Below, piece by piece: positions 9,410-23,039 of a stretch of DNA of 64,000 bases. The first letter of the stretch is position 1. Each line of letters starts with the position of its first letter. Made by a program: the position numbers and the translations under genes. The notes beneath the pieces are model-generated. The model was not told the DNA's origin. It made no database searches and saw only the letters and a program-made list of their open reading frames with translations. This DNA comes from Haplodiscus bocki (lineage: Eukaryota), in assembly GCA_965655095.1 (NCBI GenBank), contig OZ296649.1, positions 65,286,001 through 65,350,000 of the forward strand, in the 5' to 3' direction.

Positions 9410-12400
9410 TCACCCTGGCTTTAAACAGGCAGTGGGTTCACCACTACATACAATAAGTTTCAAACCGTCTTCTTTGTGCGGCCAAGTTTTTGCGATGTCT
9501 TCACCTAAATTGATGGCTGTGAAGAGTGATACATTTTTCTTTTTGAGATTAACGTAGTTCGATGCTGCATCCAGCCATTCTTTCTCAAATACGCGGACTC
9601 TATGAGACGCATTGGTTAAATTGAACCCAGTTACATAGGCACAAACTTTCCAGGGCAACCGATTTGTAATTTTTGTGAACTTAGAACCTAACCCAGAATT
9701 GTGTTCCCTCAGACGACGCACCAAGGACATAGTGGAGCCAATGTACAACAGCTGACTTTGTGGGACACTCTGCAGCAAGTAACAGAAACCCAAGTTTTGG
9801 GTAGGTAGGTCACGAGTTGATGGCGGAAAAGGCGATGCTTTGGCATGATAAACTGTGGGATCGCGCGCAGAACTTTTTGTCAGAATTTCATTAGTCAGCT
9901 CAGCCCACTGTGATTTTTTGCGGACTAAGTCTAAAACTGCTCTTCTATTCTCCTCCTTCGTGCCCACAAAAGTGACATGGTTCAAACTCCGTACCCTGCT
10001 CATAACCACATACAACTGCTCAGGAAGCCACAAAGCAAAATCTCGTGACCCCACTATTTGCGTCGCCACCATCGGCAGAGTTTCGCCCATGGTCTTGTGA
10101 ATGGTGGACGCAACAAAAAGCTTTAACGGATACTGTATCCTCCTGCACACTGTTTTATGGTTTAATCGGAAGGCTACACCAGTTTCCTTGCCAATAACAA
10201 CACACCTCCAACTGTTTCTGATCACAGAGAGTGGCGGGATATTTCTGCAACCAGCTGGAGCAAGAGCAACTGTTAGGGTACCATTTTCAATGGTATCCAA
10301 AGTCAGGAGGACGCAAAATTGACCTTGATATGCTGATAAGGATGGTTTGTTGACAGTTAATCGCATAATAGCACCGGGGTATAGAAAAAGTGATTGGGGC
10401 TCAAGGCACTTTTTGTTCAGGAACTTCGACGCTGTTGCAGACGCCTCACTCCAGTTGTCGGTGCTCGAAACGCACATTTCGTCGATGGACGCACTTTCAA
10501 AGTATTGTGCTCTGCTGCATTTAACTTCAGTGATTTTATTCTCGGTTGCTTTCCGTTCCGCTTGTCTAGTAGCAAAAATTCGAATTCTATCGTTCGGCAC
10601 GTCGTTCCACGATTGTACAAAAGTGCAATCTTTCTCCATAATTTTCCAAATTTTTTCTGCATTGGCATCTGTTTTAGGCGTTGCTGATAACAATGATAAC
10701 AGTTCCTGGCCGTTCTTGTTCCGCATTCGGACAAAATTTTTCAAATTGTGGAAAGCAAAGGTTGTTAAAGGAAAAGAGGAACTCATCAAGTAAGATCCAG
10801 AGGGCGGAGGAAGTTGAAAGAAGTCACCAGTTGCGACAACGAGTTTTCCGCCGAAAGGAACATAATTTGCTGTGACAACTTGCAAAACATGATCTGTCGC
10901 TGCCCAAAGCTCGCTAGATATCATCGAAAGTTCTTCAACGAAAATTACGTCTAAGTGCTGTAAAACTCGGCTTTTGATAGGAGATCGTTGTAAATTGGAC
11001 AGAGCCTTCTTCGAAAGTGATTCTGCAGAGCAACATTTTTCAACTGGAAATGGTATCAAAGCATTCAGATGTTTTCCAGCTAAAGCAGCAGATCTTTCAG
11101 CTGCTATGGATGTCACCACACAATGCTATCCTTGACATAAGGCGTAAGCAAGAGATTTCAGCATCACAAAAGTTTTGCCGCTTCCTGGTGGACCGAAAAC
11201 AATCTGATGTCTTATGAAAGTGCAATGTCCTCGTTTATACATGTCTATTGAATTAATGAGTTCGTCCAAAACTTGACGTTGCTCTAAATATGAGTTTTTA
11301 CTTTGATCCGGGCTCTTCTGTAAAAGTGGCTTCCAAGGCACTGGAGTATTGAAAGTGGCGTCGATCATCGTTTGCTCTGCAGGTAATTCAGTCTGACATG
11401 TCTGAAGGAAAGCTATCATTTTACACTTTTCCATAGCCAGTTGAATTGTGACTGTTTCTTCGCATTCCTCCAGGACGCTTTTGTCGAGAACAGGTGGTAA
11501 AGCAGCAGCAAAAAAGAGATTGTTTATCAACAGTGCCTCCGATATGACACTATGGGCCATTACCAAGTAAGTGTCAATCAATTTAGATGACCCTGGAGTG
11601 AAGCGAAGCTGTTCCAGCAAATACTTCTTAGCTATTTCTTTCACTTCGCCATCAGTGACGGTTGAGTTTAGCAAAATACCCGCTTTTATGAAAGCTTCTT
11701 TGAAAGTTTGGACGTTCAAGATGTCCAACTCAGTGTCAAGTTTCCCGACGGTCAGTAACAGATGAAGTAAAAACTTTGTTGGGTTATTCGGTAGACTGTT
11801 GCTGAAAACAACAACGGCCTCTTCTTCTGACAAGTTTTTCCAATGAGCAACGAACTGAGAACTGTTCTTGTTTTCAAGAATGGGAACAATGTGTTTCCTC
11901 ATTTCGCGTTTCAAGATCTGATTCCGTTCTTCACCAAACTTTTCTTGACAGAGACTTACGAAAGAGTTAACAGCAGATGGGCGCAGTTTAACCAAATATC
12001 CAAGTGCATCAACCCAGCAGCTTTTACGTAAACCTTTTTTCAAGAACTTCTCGTGATTGCTAAGGCAGTTTGTTCTTCTGGGTTTCCAGCGCACAAACCA
12101 GCTGTAATAGTCTTTTAACTGCGATACGAACAAAAGTTCCGGCGGCCTCAGTCCAAAAACAGTTACCTTGTCAGGAGAAATGAAACTGTTTTCAACATCT
12201 GCAAGGAGGAGGGTTTGACTTTTTGTAAATTGTCGAAGTTTTGGGAGTTCCAATAATTCTTTTCGCACACGGATTCCATCAGTGAAAGTGGCGCTGAAAT
12301 TCGGAGACTTGTGAAAACGTTTCTCAATTACAATTCCTGAACGATATTCTTTGGGAACTGTAGGCACATGTACAAAGTCAACATTTGTGCAGACGTAAGG

Positions 12401-15400
12401 AAGTTGTAAGCACCACCAAAGACATTCAGTAATACTGACAATGCGACCTTTTACTGATTGTCGTTTCTCTTCCTGACGCAAATTTTTCAAACAAGCTCGA
12501 ACACCTGCTATCTTCTCATGTTCTATCGGTTCTGTCAGAACCTTTACACTGTTCTCTGTCTGACCTGCAACAATTGTGGCTGCTGCTCGAGATTCAATGC
12601 CCGCTGCATACTTCGCAACGTAACGGGGTGCCGTGTAATCGTCGCAAATTTGAACGTTAGTGCTTGATTGAGTCAGTGCAAACAAAGCTGCATTGGTTGG
12701 CGAGAAATGCTCGTTAGACACAGTCGGATAGTGATGCTTCCCGGCAATTAGAGGGTCTTTGACCTTCGGCAACAACGTGTTAACGTCAATGTCTGCTAAG
12801 TCCATGGCTTGTAACAAGTCCATTGTTTCAGAAGAGAAGTTAATGGGAACTTTTTTGAACGAAAATGCATTCGATGGTGGATATCTTGGCACACGACAAA
12901 TTGGCTGATTGAGACGATCTGTTTTTTTATGGCATCGCTGACGCCCTTTGGTACAGTTATGAATTTGATACTTTTGAAATAACTCACCGAGATGCAACCT
13001 TTCGTCTTTCGTTAATTGAGGGCAACTGCTTTCTAATGCACCCAAAAATGTTTCTTTTGAACAGCAAACTCGAGATCTCACCTCATTAGAAAACTTGTCT
13101 TCTGGAGTACAAAGTATCACATGCAAATGAGGGAACCCAGCTGTCTCCTCCTGCCATTCATACCGCATCCAAATGTGGGATACCGGTCCCAGTGGTCTTT
13201 CTGGAGATTTTTTCACCCACTCCATTACGTATTGTGAAGCTCTATACCAACACCTGAGCATCGGCATCAATTCTGCTTGAATGGCCGCAGAGAGCAGTTC
13301 TTTTTTTGTAGTTTCTGGTGGGTACATTTCATAGAGCGCCTGAAAAATTTTTCTAACGCCAGGATGGGTCGACTGGCTGCAAGTATATGTCAAAAAGTAC
13401 GTTGGATTTTTATCTCGAATTAAAGCTGCGAGTTCACAGACATTTTTACGACTTTCCGCACAGTCAAACTTGAATGTTTGCGTTGAAACAAATGAACAAT
13501 TTGTAGGGCCGGAACTCACTTCCTGCCATCCCCGATTTAAAACCAATCTAACATCAGTTTTGTGAAGCTGCATGTTCAAAAGGCTGTCAAACACATACTG
13601 CAAATAAGTTGGATTGCATGATGTCAACAGCGAACCATCTTTGATTCTCGTACGAAGCATGTCTTCCAAACCAGCAAAACCCAGTTGTCTGTTGTACTTG
13701 GAGTTGTTGTAAAGCGCGGCTGGTATTGCTCCATGAAAACTACCGTTGTTAGCTTGACACTAGAAAATTGATGGAAACAAAAGAGCTTCTGGTTGAATTA
13801 GAGGCAGCGCTGTCGTGGAAGTTGCTGCAATGTTTTCCAAAAAACGTTTTTCTTTCAGCGACAAACTGATTGGACTCCCTTTATGCCGGTACAAAAGGTT
13901 GCATTGAGAATTGAGCAGAATGTGAAGTGGCAGTTTGAAAAGGTCTTCATTTCGATGTGGATCGATGAAAAGAGCTTTTTTATCAGGGCAAGTTTGGAGA
14001 CTAGCCAATACATTTATGCTTTCTTCAAGAGGTTCATGGTTGTCAACTTCCAAAGAAAAATCCCCAACAACAGACAAATTGTTGTTGGACACCATACCAA
14101 AGGCAATTGCTGCTGCATCAGGCTCGCTTGATTCGATAGACTCTACAATAGATGATGTTTCGGATACAACTCGCAAGCTAGACGACTCTGAATTAACAGG
14201 AGAGAAATGCGTATTTGCCCTCTTTTCCGACATCGGCATTGGATCAACAAGAACACGTCTATTCGGATTCTGTAGACCTTCGTTGAAGTGACGCTTGCAT
14301 ACGCAACTGTTACATTGGGAATAAGGGCAACGCAAAAAAAGAAGCACGGGTGCATCTACAACGAAAACTGCTCTTTCTGAAGTCTCTTGTCAAAGGAACG
14401 TCATGAGACTCACAGATGAAGACGCCCTGACCAGTCAAAGTGCTCAGCAATTTCCATTTCAAATCAGCTAATTCAAGATTTCTTGATTTCTCATAAATTG
14501 CTATTGTCCAATATCCACGAAGACCTGAACTCAAAGCCTCAGTTCTAGACTCTGTCATCTTCTTAGCGTATCTGCAGTTTTTCTCCAAAAGCCAGAACTT
14601 CTGGAAGTCACCTCCATGTCGAACCATCAACCTTGGCTCGGCGGCCGGGCCTCCATCCTTTGCTCCGACTGCAATCAGTTCATAGCCGATATCGCTGATA
14701 ACCAACTTTAGCGGAGGTTCGCTTTTGCTCCGCAAATTATTGGGGGAGTTGGTGGTGAATATAGCGTGAGTTGTTTCAACGGGAAGTTGCAGATTTGTAT
14801 AACAAGTTATATTTTTTCGATTCGTTAAAGGGATGTGGCAAAAATTCTCTGACACGGTTGCCAAAAACTGTGCGGCGAGATGGCAACAACAGTACTTCAC
14901 ACCTTTTAACTGCTCTTCAGTTCGGTTTTTCTCTAGCAAGGTGTTTATTGCTTCTTCCGAGCGCCGTAGAAGTAGCGTATTGCTGGCTTTCTTCATTGCC
15001 TTTGAGGTAATAAAAACATTCCTCAGCGAAGATATCAAAGGCCTCAAGGTCACAGAATACTTACCTGATGTTACTAAAGAACGACACATCAACGGTGACA
15101 GACACAGTGCAGCTTGTACAAGCCAAAAAACATTGCTGCCTTTACAATTCAGAGGAGGGGGCGAACAACCATACTCGCCGGTTCCGTGGGCGAAGGAATA
15201 ACAACTCAAAGCTTCCACGTTGTTTAAATAGTCTTTATCATTTTTATCTAGAACTTTAGCTATTTCTACACAAGTCTCCAAATCTGTAGAAAGGGCAGGC
15301 AACAAACACTCTGATATGTTTTCAATCTGTGCAGGATAGTCAAGAATCCCCAAAGCTACATCTTCAACGATTTTACCTTCTTTCACCCATTCACAAATCT

Positions 15401-17480
15401 TCGTTTTAACATCTTCCCGAAAACGGCACGCGAGGCCTTCAGCGTGGTACAAGATATCGCTGGTGATGTCCCAACGCGTTCGCCGCCGCAACTGAACTGT
15501 ACTCATTCCACTATAAGAACCAACACTTTTCAATAACTGGTAGGTATGACTGGCGAAATTTGCTTTAATATTTGTTATCCACGAAATTGTTGGTGCCACC
15601 ATACTCAAACGCTCATCGTGAATTAACGCAGTTCTTGACAGGACAGGATGTGATGGAGGATGAAGGTATTGCACAGACGACCCCTTTGAGTGCATAAGGC
15701 AAGCGTGAACAACCAATCCTTCTACTTTGTCTACACGCACAGTTGTTGCAATTAAGAACTTCCGCAACGATGACGTTGGAACCAAGAAATCTGACCTAAT
15801 TCCTCTAAGATGCAAATAACTAGAAGCTCCAAAAGACGTAAAAGCTGGGTCGAATAGATTCAAAAAGTGTTTAGCATTGATTAAACCGGATTCTTCAATG
15901 AAACACCAGCAACCAAATGGGCACCGAACGTTCGGGTAAGGTTCTTTATCCAAAGCTACTGCTATTTGTTCTTGTTGAAGAGTTTTGATCAGTTTCTGGA
16001 AATAATGCAAACGAGCGGTTCCGTCAACGACACATTTCCCATTGATTTCTTTTCCATTGAGAAACTGTTGGACTCATGGAGTAAATTTTTCCAAGCATCC
16101 CATCCATTGCTGTCTCAGTTCCCAAGATAACAACGTTAAAACATTCAACTGCTGCTCCTTGGGCATTTTTTCATCACTCAAAAGCGTGAAAAAAACAGAT
16201 GGCTATGCGTGACTCCACTCGATGCGTTCGGAAGTACAGTAAAGTAGACATTGATTGCATAATATGGGAAAAGCGTCCTTGATTCGGTTACCAAACATTC
16301 TGTTTATAAAATCTGACTTTTCTGTCTTAGTAAGCTTTAACGGATATTGCAGCGTGGATTGTCGCAAGCATTTGCCGCAAAACTCTCCGTCAGCAGACTT
16401 AGAATTACCATCTGTCGTTTGTTCAATTGTTGCATCACTGTGTGAAACCGTAGCAGTGTTAGTGTACAGATCCTCGATTTTGGGTATTTCTCTGCTCAGA
16501 ACAGATTTGGTAGCGTTTTCTGACAACGGTAGCATCGGAAAATTTTGATCTGACTTTGCGTTACAGGAGTTCTGACTTGGAATGTGTGTGACGTGAGTTT
16601 CAAGGCATGTCTTCGAGGTGGATGGATCCGCAGTGTGTTTTGCTTTTTTCGCTGGTGGGACCCCTGTTGTGTTTTCTGGGTACCTGAAAGATTCAATATC
16701 CTCTCCCAAAACTGACGAAGAGAAATGCATTGCGTTGGAACTAAGACAGGAAATTCTTTGTGAACCTGCAGCGTTTTCTTCATTTGCGACTGAAACCAAC
16801 TCACTGATTACTTCAAAGTGATTTGCATTCCAGGTTTGCTGAATGAAAATTCCACGACGATTCGTGCTCAGAGAGCATTCATAAACCAACCAGGATTTCA
16901 GAGGAACATGATATAAATATACGTCCATTTGGAAAATCTGACAAAACGCGTATATTTCAACGCATGTTCCGAAGACTCCATTTTCTTCCATTTTCGACAA
17001 ACTGAGGTACTCTTGAATCGAAGTACAAAGCAAAACACGGTATTGGTTTGGAAAATCAGCGGAGTAAATTGTGGTTTGTAAGCTGTTTGGAGGGAAGTTG
17101 ATGAACATCATGTTGCTAACAATTATATTCCGTAGAATTGAACTACAATCCTGTGACAAACCGAGAGCAACTGCTAAGGATGAGAAAAGGCAATTACCAT
17201 CGCCAAGAATCGCAGTTACACGCGCCGGACGCAAATTATAAATGATACTGTCATTTGCGATCGAAACGTCTAGAGAGACTAAAAAATCAGTTAGACCTAA
17301 AGTTGAGAGGCAGTTCAGAGTTTCACTTCGTGCAACTGGTGAAACGGAGATTGAAATGTCGGGAATTTTGTATAAGATGCCCAGCGGCTCATCAGATTGC
17401 AGTTCTCGATCAATGTCCTTCAGGCAAACATGGCTTGCAACAGCAAATTGTCCACAAGAAGTACAACGGCGACGATTCAT
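9410..17480 (-). pseudogene. Disrupted OTU-Rep-Pif1 helicase-GIY-YIG polyprotein, element B
   Basis: Five ORF pieces colinear with the 2.7-kaa ORF. Stops at 16203-05 (W->TAG), 16074-76 (TGA), 13760-62 (W->TAG) and 11126-28 (L->TAG), plus a frameshift near 14340. Motifs GDGNC, FPHLH, YVAKY, GPPGSGKT and YIGST are retained. Confidence 0.9.
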
Positions 17481-17766
17481 GTTTTGCTTTTTGGTTGCAG
17501 GTTTGATTGCACAAAAAAGGGAAGCAGCATGTCAAAATTTACCAAACCTATTTGAAACACAAAAAAAAATTACAGAACCCAGATAATTGAAGCCGCCAAG
17601 GACCCATTTGCGACAAATAGAGCTCCAGAGGCTGCTATAAATTCGACATACAGACTGTGATATTTATTCCTTTCCGCATTTCAAACCTTTTTGAAGTTTT
17701 TAGGAAAGGACTGTTTCCATAACGGTTACAGTTTCCATTGCGAATTGAATAATGAAAAACAGAAGC

Positions 17767-17804
17767 GCCTTGGTTTTGCGAAGGCCTCTGAGCGAAACCA
17801 AGTC
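17767..17804. promoter_or_regulatory. Inverted repeat upstream of RepHel (B)
   Basis: GCCTTGGTTTTGC-N12-GCGAAACCAAGTC. The left arm is identical to that in A and C, and spacer length is the same. Confidence 0.55.
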
Positions 17805-20638
17805 TTTGGGAAGATGCCTTTTACATATAGTGCTTCACTCGTGCCGACATCAAATAGCAAAAGTCCTACAGGCAAAGCACATAGAAAACACAATGAAAGT
17901 CTCTAAACATTTACAAGAAGCAATAAACTACTTTCCAAATTAACCCTTCAAGAAAGAGAAGCCGATATAAAATCTTTGGCTTCAGGTCGCAAGTTTTGGT
18001 CTGCAACAAAAACCAGCAAACTCCTACAGGAAGGAGGCGTATGTCAAAATTCCCCAAAAACTTTCACTTGCGATAATTGGTACCAGCCAATTACTTCCCC
18101 CTTTTGACGTGGAATGAAACAGAGACCATTCACACAACTGCACGAGAAACACACTTTTTGTCATTAATTTACTCAATATGGTGACAATTGGCAAACACAA
18201 ACAAAAACGAAAATAAACTTTTGCAGATACACGCAAAATTGCATCATTTTCTTCCCTGCCAGCACAGCACAACCAAAAACAAAAAAATACTCAAGTTTAA
18301 TCTGCCTTTCATATATTCGAACGTTATTTTTAATGAGCACCCGAAAATCATGAAGAATTTTCCTATAATGACACAGACTACACAATTATCTGCCTTTACT
18401 TCAAGCTGACTACAATGGCAATCAATCTGAAGCTTGCTTTTTACTGCCGGAAACTTAACCGTCCTGTAGTTGGCGATAAGAACAGCAAATATATCTAAAG
18501 CAATGAACATGAAAAATTAGCTTAAATTAAACTGACATTGAACTGTTGAACAAAGTAGGATATCATGTTACAGCGTTTTACTGCTCAGTTGAAAAGAGAT
18601 AAAACCCTTATTTGAAAAGCGTGAAACAAGAACGTTACGTAATCTTTCATTCCCGCACTGACAGCGGAAACGGTCTGTTTGTCTAAGAAATTATCCCTTG
18701 TTTTCAGTTTACCGCATGACTGACACCAAACTCACCAGCTAACGAATGGCGAACACTAAATGTTACGTGACCGGTGTTTAGTCCGCAGGCGGTTAAAAAG
18801 TAAATGAAAGCAAGTTCTCCTCCTAAGCAAAACCAATAATATGCTCAACTTTGTTGAACCTGTAGAAATTGTTCCTCTAATGCCAGTCAACGTTGGCAAC
18901 CAAGGGGATACATTAAAAGTAACGATTATTTTGTTTACTTTTCAATTTCCCACGTCTCCAATGCGCCATTAACTATTTCAACATTTCATGTACGATGATA
19001 ACAGCGTAGTCCCCCTTTTAGTTTTAGAAATTATTGAAAAGTATTAGTAGTCAGCCAGCGATTCTGACAAGCGTTACACAGCACTCTTCTCCCAGGAAAA
19101 CGTTAGCAAAGTAATTTACCAAAGTTAATGCGCCGAATTTATCGACACAAGCCAAAAATTGTTCACCAAAATCAGTTGAGACTTCAGTGAGTCAGGAATT
19201 ACAGGATGAACAGTTCATACGTTTCTATCACATACGAAAAAGTATCTACATGAAAGGGTTCAAATGCGGGATTGGAAATTGGCGATGCCGAGTTCACGTG
19301 AAACAATTTACGATTTGATATAAAAACGCAATATCCAAAAAGAAACCTCGACAAAACTTCACAAGAATAAAACGTATCCATAACATGCTCGTTCGCTGAT
19401 CATTTTATCTGACAACAAGTAATTTTTTACACAAAATTCAAAAGTTATTTTGGAATAAGTGTAAAACTCCGTTATGTATGCGTCGGAACCGACCGAATAG
19501 CCTCTTCCAAGAACCTCACGCAAAAACGTTTGTGAAACGCGACAGTTCTGGTTCGGTCTGTAGAAGAAAAAAATGCTTAAAATCGAAACCACTCTTGAAA
19601 GTCATCAATAGTAAAGAAGCATCGTTTTAACTGAGCATGATACCTTCAGAAACTGTTTCGATTCCTTTCACTAACCACGTTTATTGTTGGTAAAAGCTGA
19701 AAATCAGGAAAATCAAAGCACGAATTTCACCACTTGACAAAAGAAAGACACACATTTAGTCTACTATCAGCACTGATACGTCATCAAAGTGGCCTTTAAC
19801 TTGTCATAATCTATGGCTGACGATGACTTGATGGAGACAATGGAGACAAGTGTCTCAAGTCAATGATGAAAATGGCTAGTTACCATTAATCCTTTTGTTC
19901 TGCTTCTGGACGCATTAAACGTATTTAATGCGTTTTGAACGGTGCATGAATAAAATAGTTACATAATGGATGAAATGTTTTGGCGCGGAACTTTTTGTTC
20001 ATGAATTTCTCTGGTACAGAACACCTGACTGTACTTTTTCATGTATGAAAAAGGCCAAATGACGTGGACGAGCCCGCAACACCAATATAGTTTCTCTGAA
20101 GAACAAAAAACGGTATGGAGGACCACCAAGAAATGCTTCAGGTACATCACCCATTCTGCAAGCCAATGATTTCTTTGAAAAATTCCGGATTAAACAAATG
20201 GGAAGGTTATCCAATGAAAACGTTCATTGTTATGTAAGTCGGTCACGGGTAAATGGGTGAAGTTAAATATTATTTCTGCAGCTGACAACTTTAAAAATTT
20301 GTTACATTAGCGCCGTTTTGACCTGAGTTTGTGTAAAAATCGACCAGAAAGTATGTTTGCCATCCTTCATTGCTGCTGTTGTCAACTTTTAAAAAGTCTA
20401 CAAAACTATACGTTTTGCGGAAAAAACGCAATCTTACGGTGTGAGACAAACTGTCCATGTATCCATGTATCAGTTGTACCGCGTCGTGTGAGCTATTCTT
20501 CAGCCTGGAGTAAGGTATCGTAAATAAAAAAACAACAGTTTCCTTTTATAAAAACAACCCTTTAGAAAAAAGAACCAATCACCAGAAATGATGCAGCAAA
20601 AAAATTGGATGCAGAAAATCCCGCCTTCTGGTAATTTT

Positions 20639-20663
20639 CACCGTCGCCTCCACTGGGTGGTCA
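20639..20663. repeat. Junction motif J2 (B|mini1)
   Basis: CACCGTCGCCTCCACTGGGTGGTCA (1 mismatch). Confidence 0.9.
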
Positions 20664-21712
20664 AGCTTTTTAGCGACACAAAACTGTTACGAGGCGGGGT
20701 AGGGGCCCCTGTGCCGAGTTTCATAAATCAAGTTTACACCTAACCGGACCCCCACGAAAAGGAGACGATCTCGAAACCTAACCATACGATTTTAATCAAA
20801 CTTTGCATGTGGATAGAGTCTGCCGATGTATGAACATTTTTGGCAATTACATCATTTTGTTTCTTTTCGTTAGGGAGATATGACGCAATGATCCTGTTTT
20901 TTGGCAGGTTTTGATATTTTTTTCGCAATATCTCCACACTTTAACCATAGCATTGGACTCAAATTTTTTGTGTGAAGCACAATTCTTGTGGACTACCTAC
21001 ATGCCAAGAATTTTCGGCAAGGGCCTTTTGCCCTAGGAGATATGACCTTTCAAAATTGTCAAAAATAGGCCAAAATCGACCAATTTGTCATTTCTCCCAC
21101 GTTGATGTTAAAGAAGTGATGTGAGCTTTCGTCACAACGTGACGGGACCTGTGTCAAATGAAAGATAATTTTCCGACAAAAAAACAGTTTTGGCCAAATT
21201 GCCGAAAATAATGACGGTTATGACGAAACTCCCGGAAAAAGAACCAAAAACTCAGAAAAATTTATTTTTGACAGTAGAATTTTTTCCGATTTTAAGTTGC
21301 CCGATTTCTTCGCCCAATATCTTCCTCCCTTTGGAAAGAGGTCTAGATCAAGTAGAAGGTTCACGTAGAGGAAATTTCCTGAAGTTCTTTCAAAAAGCAA
21401 ACAAACGGTTGAAATACCTATAATTAAAGGACAAAAATTGAGAACCAAAATTAGCATTACCTTCGCCCCGTTTTTCCGTAGATTAGCGCAGCGTTTCGGA
21501 GGAAAATCGGGGCATAAAACATTTCGACATAACTTCTTTTATCCACTTTTGTAAGTTTTTATGACAGAAGTCTCTAAAAATGTAGTTTTTGAATCAAACT
21601 GGGGAAAGTACCTAACATGGAACGTTTCATAGGAACAGAGAAAATACATGTACTGGCACAAAAAAAACCAGTGGCCGCCAACTGGTGAATTTCACCGTTG
21701 CCTCCACTGGGT
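20659..21712 (-). mobile_element. Non-autonomous mini-element 1 (1054 bp)
   Basis: Bounded by J2 and J3. The first ~570 bp are nearly identical to the 3' block of A2 and the rest is non-coding with a hairpin at 21465-21513. Confidence 0.8.
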
Positions 21713-21717
21713 GGTCA
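21693..21717. repeat. Junction motif J3 (mini1|A2)
   Basis: Exact 25-bp motif. Confidence 0.9.
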
Positions 21718-23039
21718 CGCTCTTAAGCCCCACGAAACAGTTTTGCGAGGCGGGGGAGGGGCCCTGTGCCGAGCTTCATAAATCAAGTTTACACCTAACC
21801 GGACCCCCCCGAAAAGGAGACGATCTCGAAACCTAACCATACGATTTCAATCAAACTTTGCATGTGGATAGAGTCTGCCGATGTATGAAGATTTTTGGCA
21901 CTTACATCATTTTCTTTTTTTTTCGTTGGGGAGATATGACGCAATGATCCTGTTTTTTGGCAGGTTTCGATGTATTTTTCGCAATATCTCCACAATTTAA
22001 CCATAGCATTGGACTCAAATTTTTTGTGTCAAGCACAATTGTTGTGGACTACCTACATGCCAAAAGTTTTTGGCCAGGGCCTTTTGCCCTAGGAGATATG
22101 ACCTTTCAAAATTGTCAAAAATAGGCCAAAATCGACCAATTTGTCATTTCTCCCACGTTGATGTTAAAAAAGTGATGTGAGCTTTCGTCACAACGTGACG
22201 GGACCTGTGTCAAATGAAAAAAAATTTTCCGACAAAAAAACAGTTTTGGTCAAATTGCCGAAAATAATGACGGTTATGACGATTTTTTGTGGAGGAAAAA
22301 AAAACAGGTAAAAAGTCAGTTTCTCCTCTACTTCATCTGAAATCCGTCAACTTTTTGAAGGCGGGAATGAAGCTTTGCTGAAATTTCATACTCAACTATT
22401 AGGCTGGGAAACTGTCGGTAACACAAGTTTTAACTAGGGCCAATTCAAGGAAACTCGCTGCAGTTTTTTTCTTTCAATTCCAAATTATTTGTAATAGAAA
22501 TTATGAAGATTATGTTATAGTTATACATAACTGTAGCAACTTTTTTTTTGTCTCAGCGGACATTGAATTACATTTGAGGTGACTAGTTACAAGGAGCTGC
22601 ACAAACTTTTTTCTGAATGACCCATTGAATTTTTAATGAACATTATACGTACCAACAACAGAAAACAACTTAAACTGTGCTAAATAAAGTTCACTAGTAA
22701 TACAAAATGAAATCTCAGTTTAACTGCAAATGAATGGTAGCAACCCTTGAAAATTCAATTGAATGCACGTAGAAAAAATGCACTTCATGACAACTCTCTT
22801 TTTCTTAAACGACAATTGATCTTTTAATTTTGGGCAAACACCTTACGGTCGAATGCCTTGTGACAGTCGATGTTGCATGCAAACAACTTTCGGTAGCTTG
22901 CTGAATGATTCATTGCACCTTGTTTTAATTGTCTCTAATACCTGTGTTGAGCCTGTAATTAATTTGTAACTGTAGTAAAAACTATCACAACAGTGATTGA
23001 TATAAGATTTGTTTGAGTTTTGTTGGTTCAATGAAGTGT

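Larger units (their letters stand above)
5922..20658 (-). mobile_element. Helitron-like element, divergent subfamily B (14,737 bp; no SGNH gene)
   Basis: Bounded by J1 and J2. Carries the accessory ORF and a disrupted OTU-Rep-Pif1-GIY-YIG gene colinear with A2 but clearly diverged. Confidence 0.9.
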
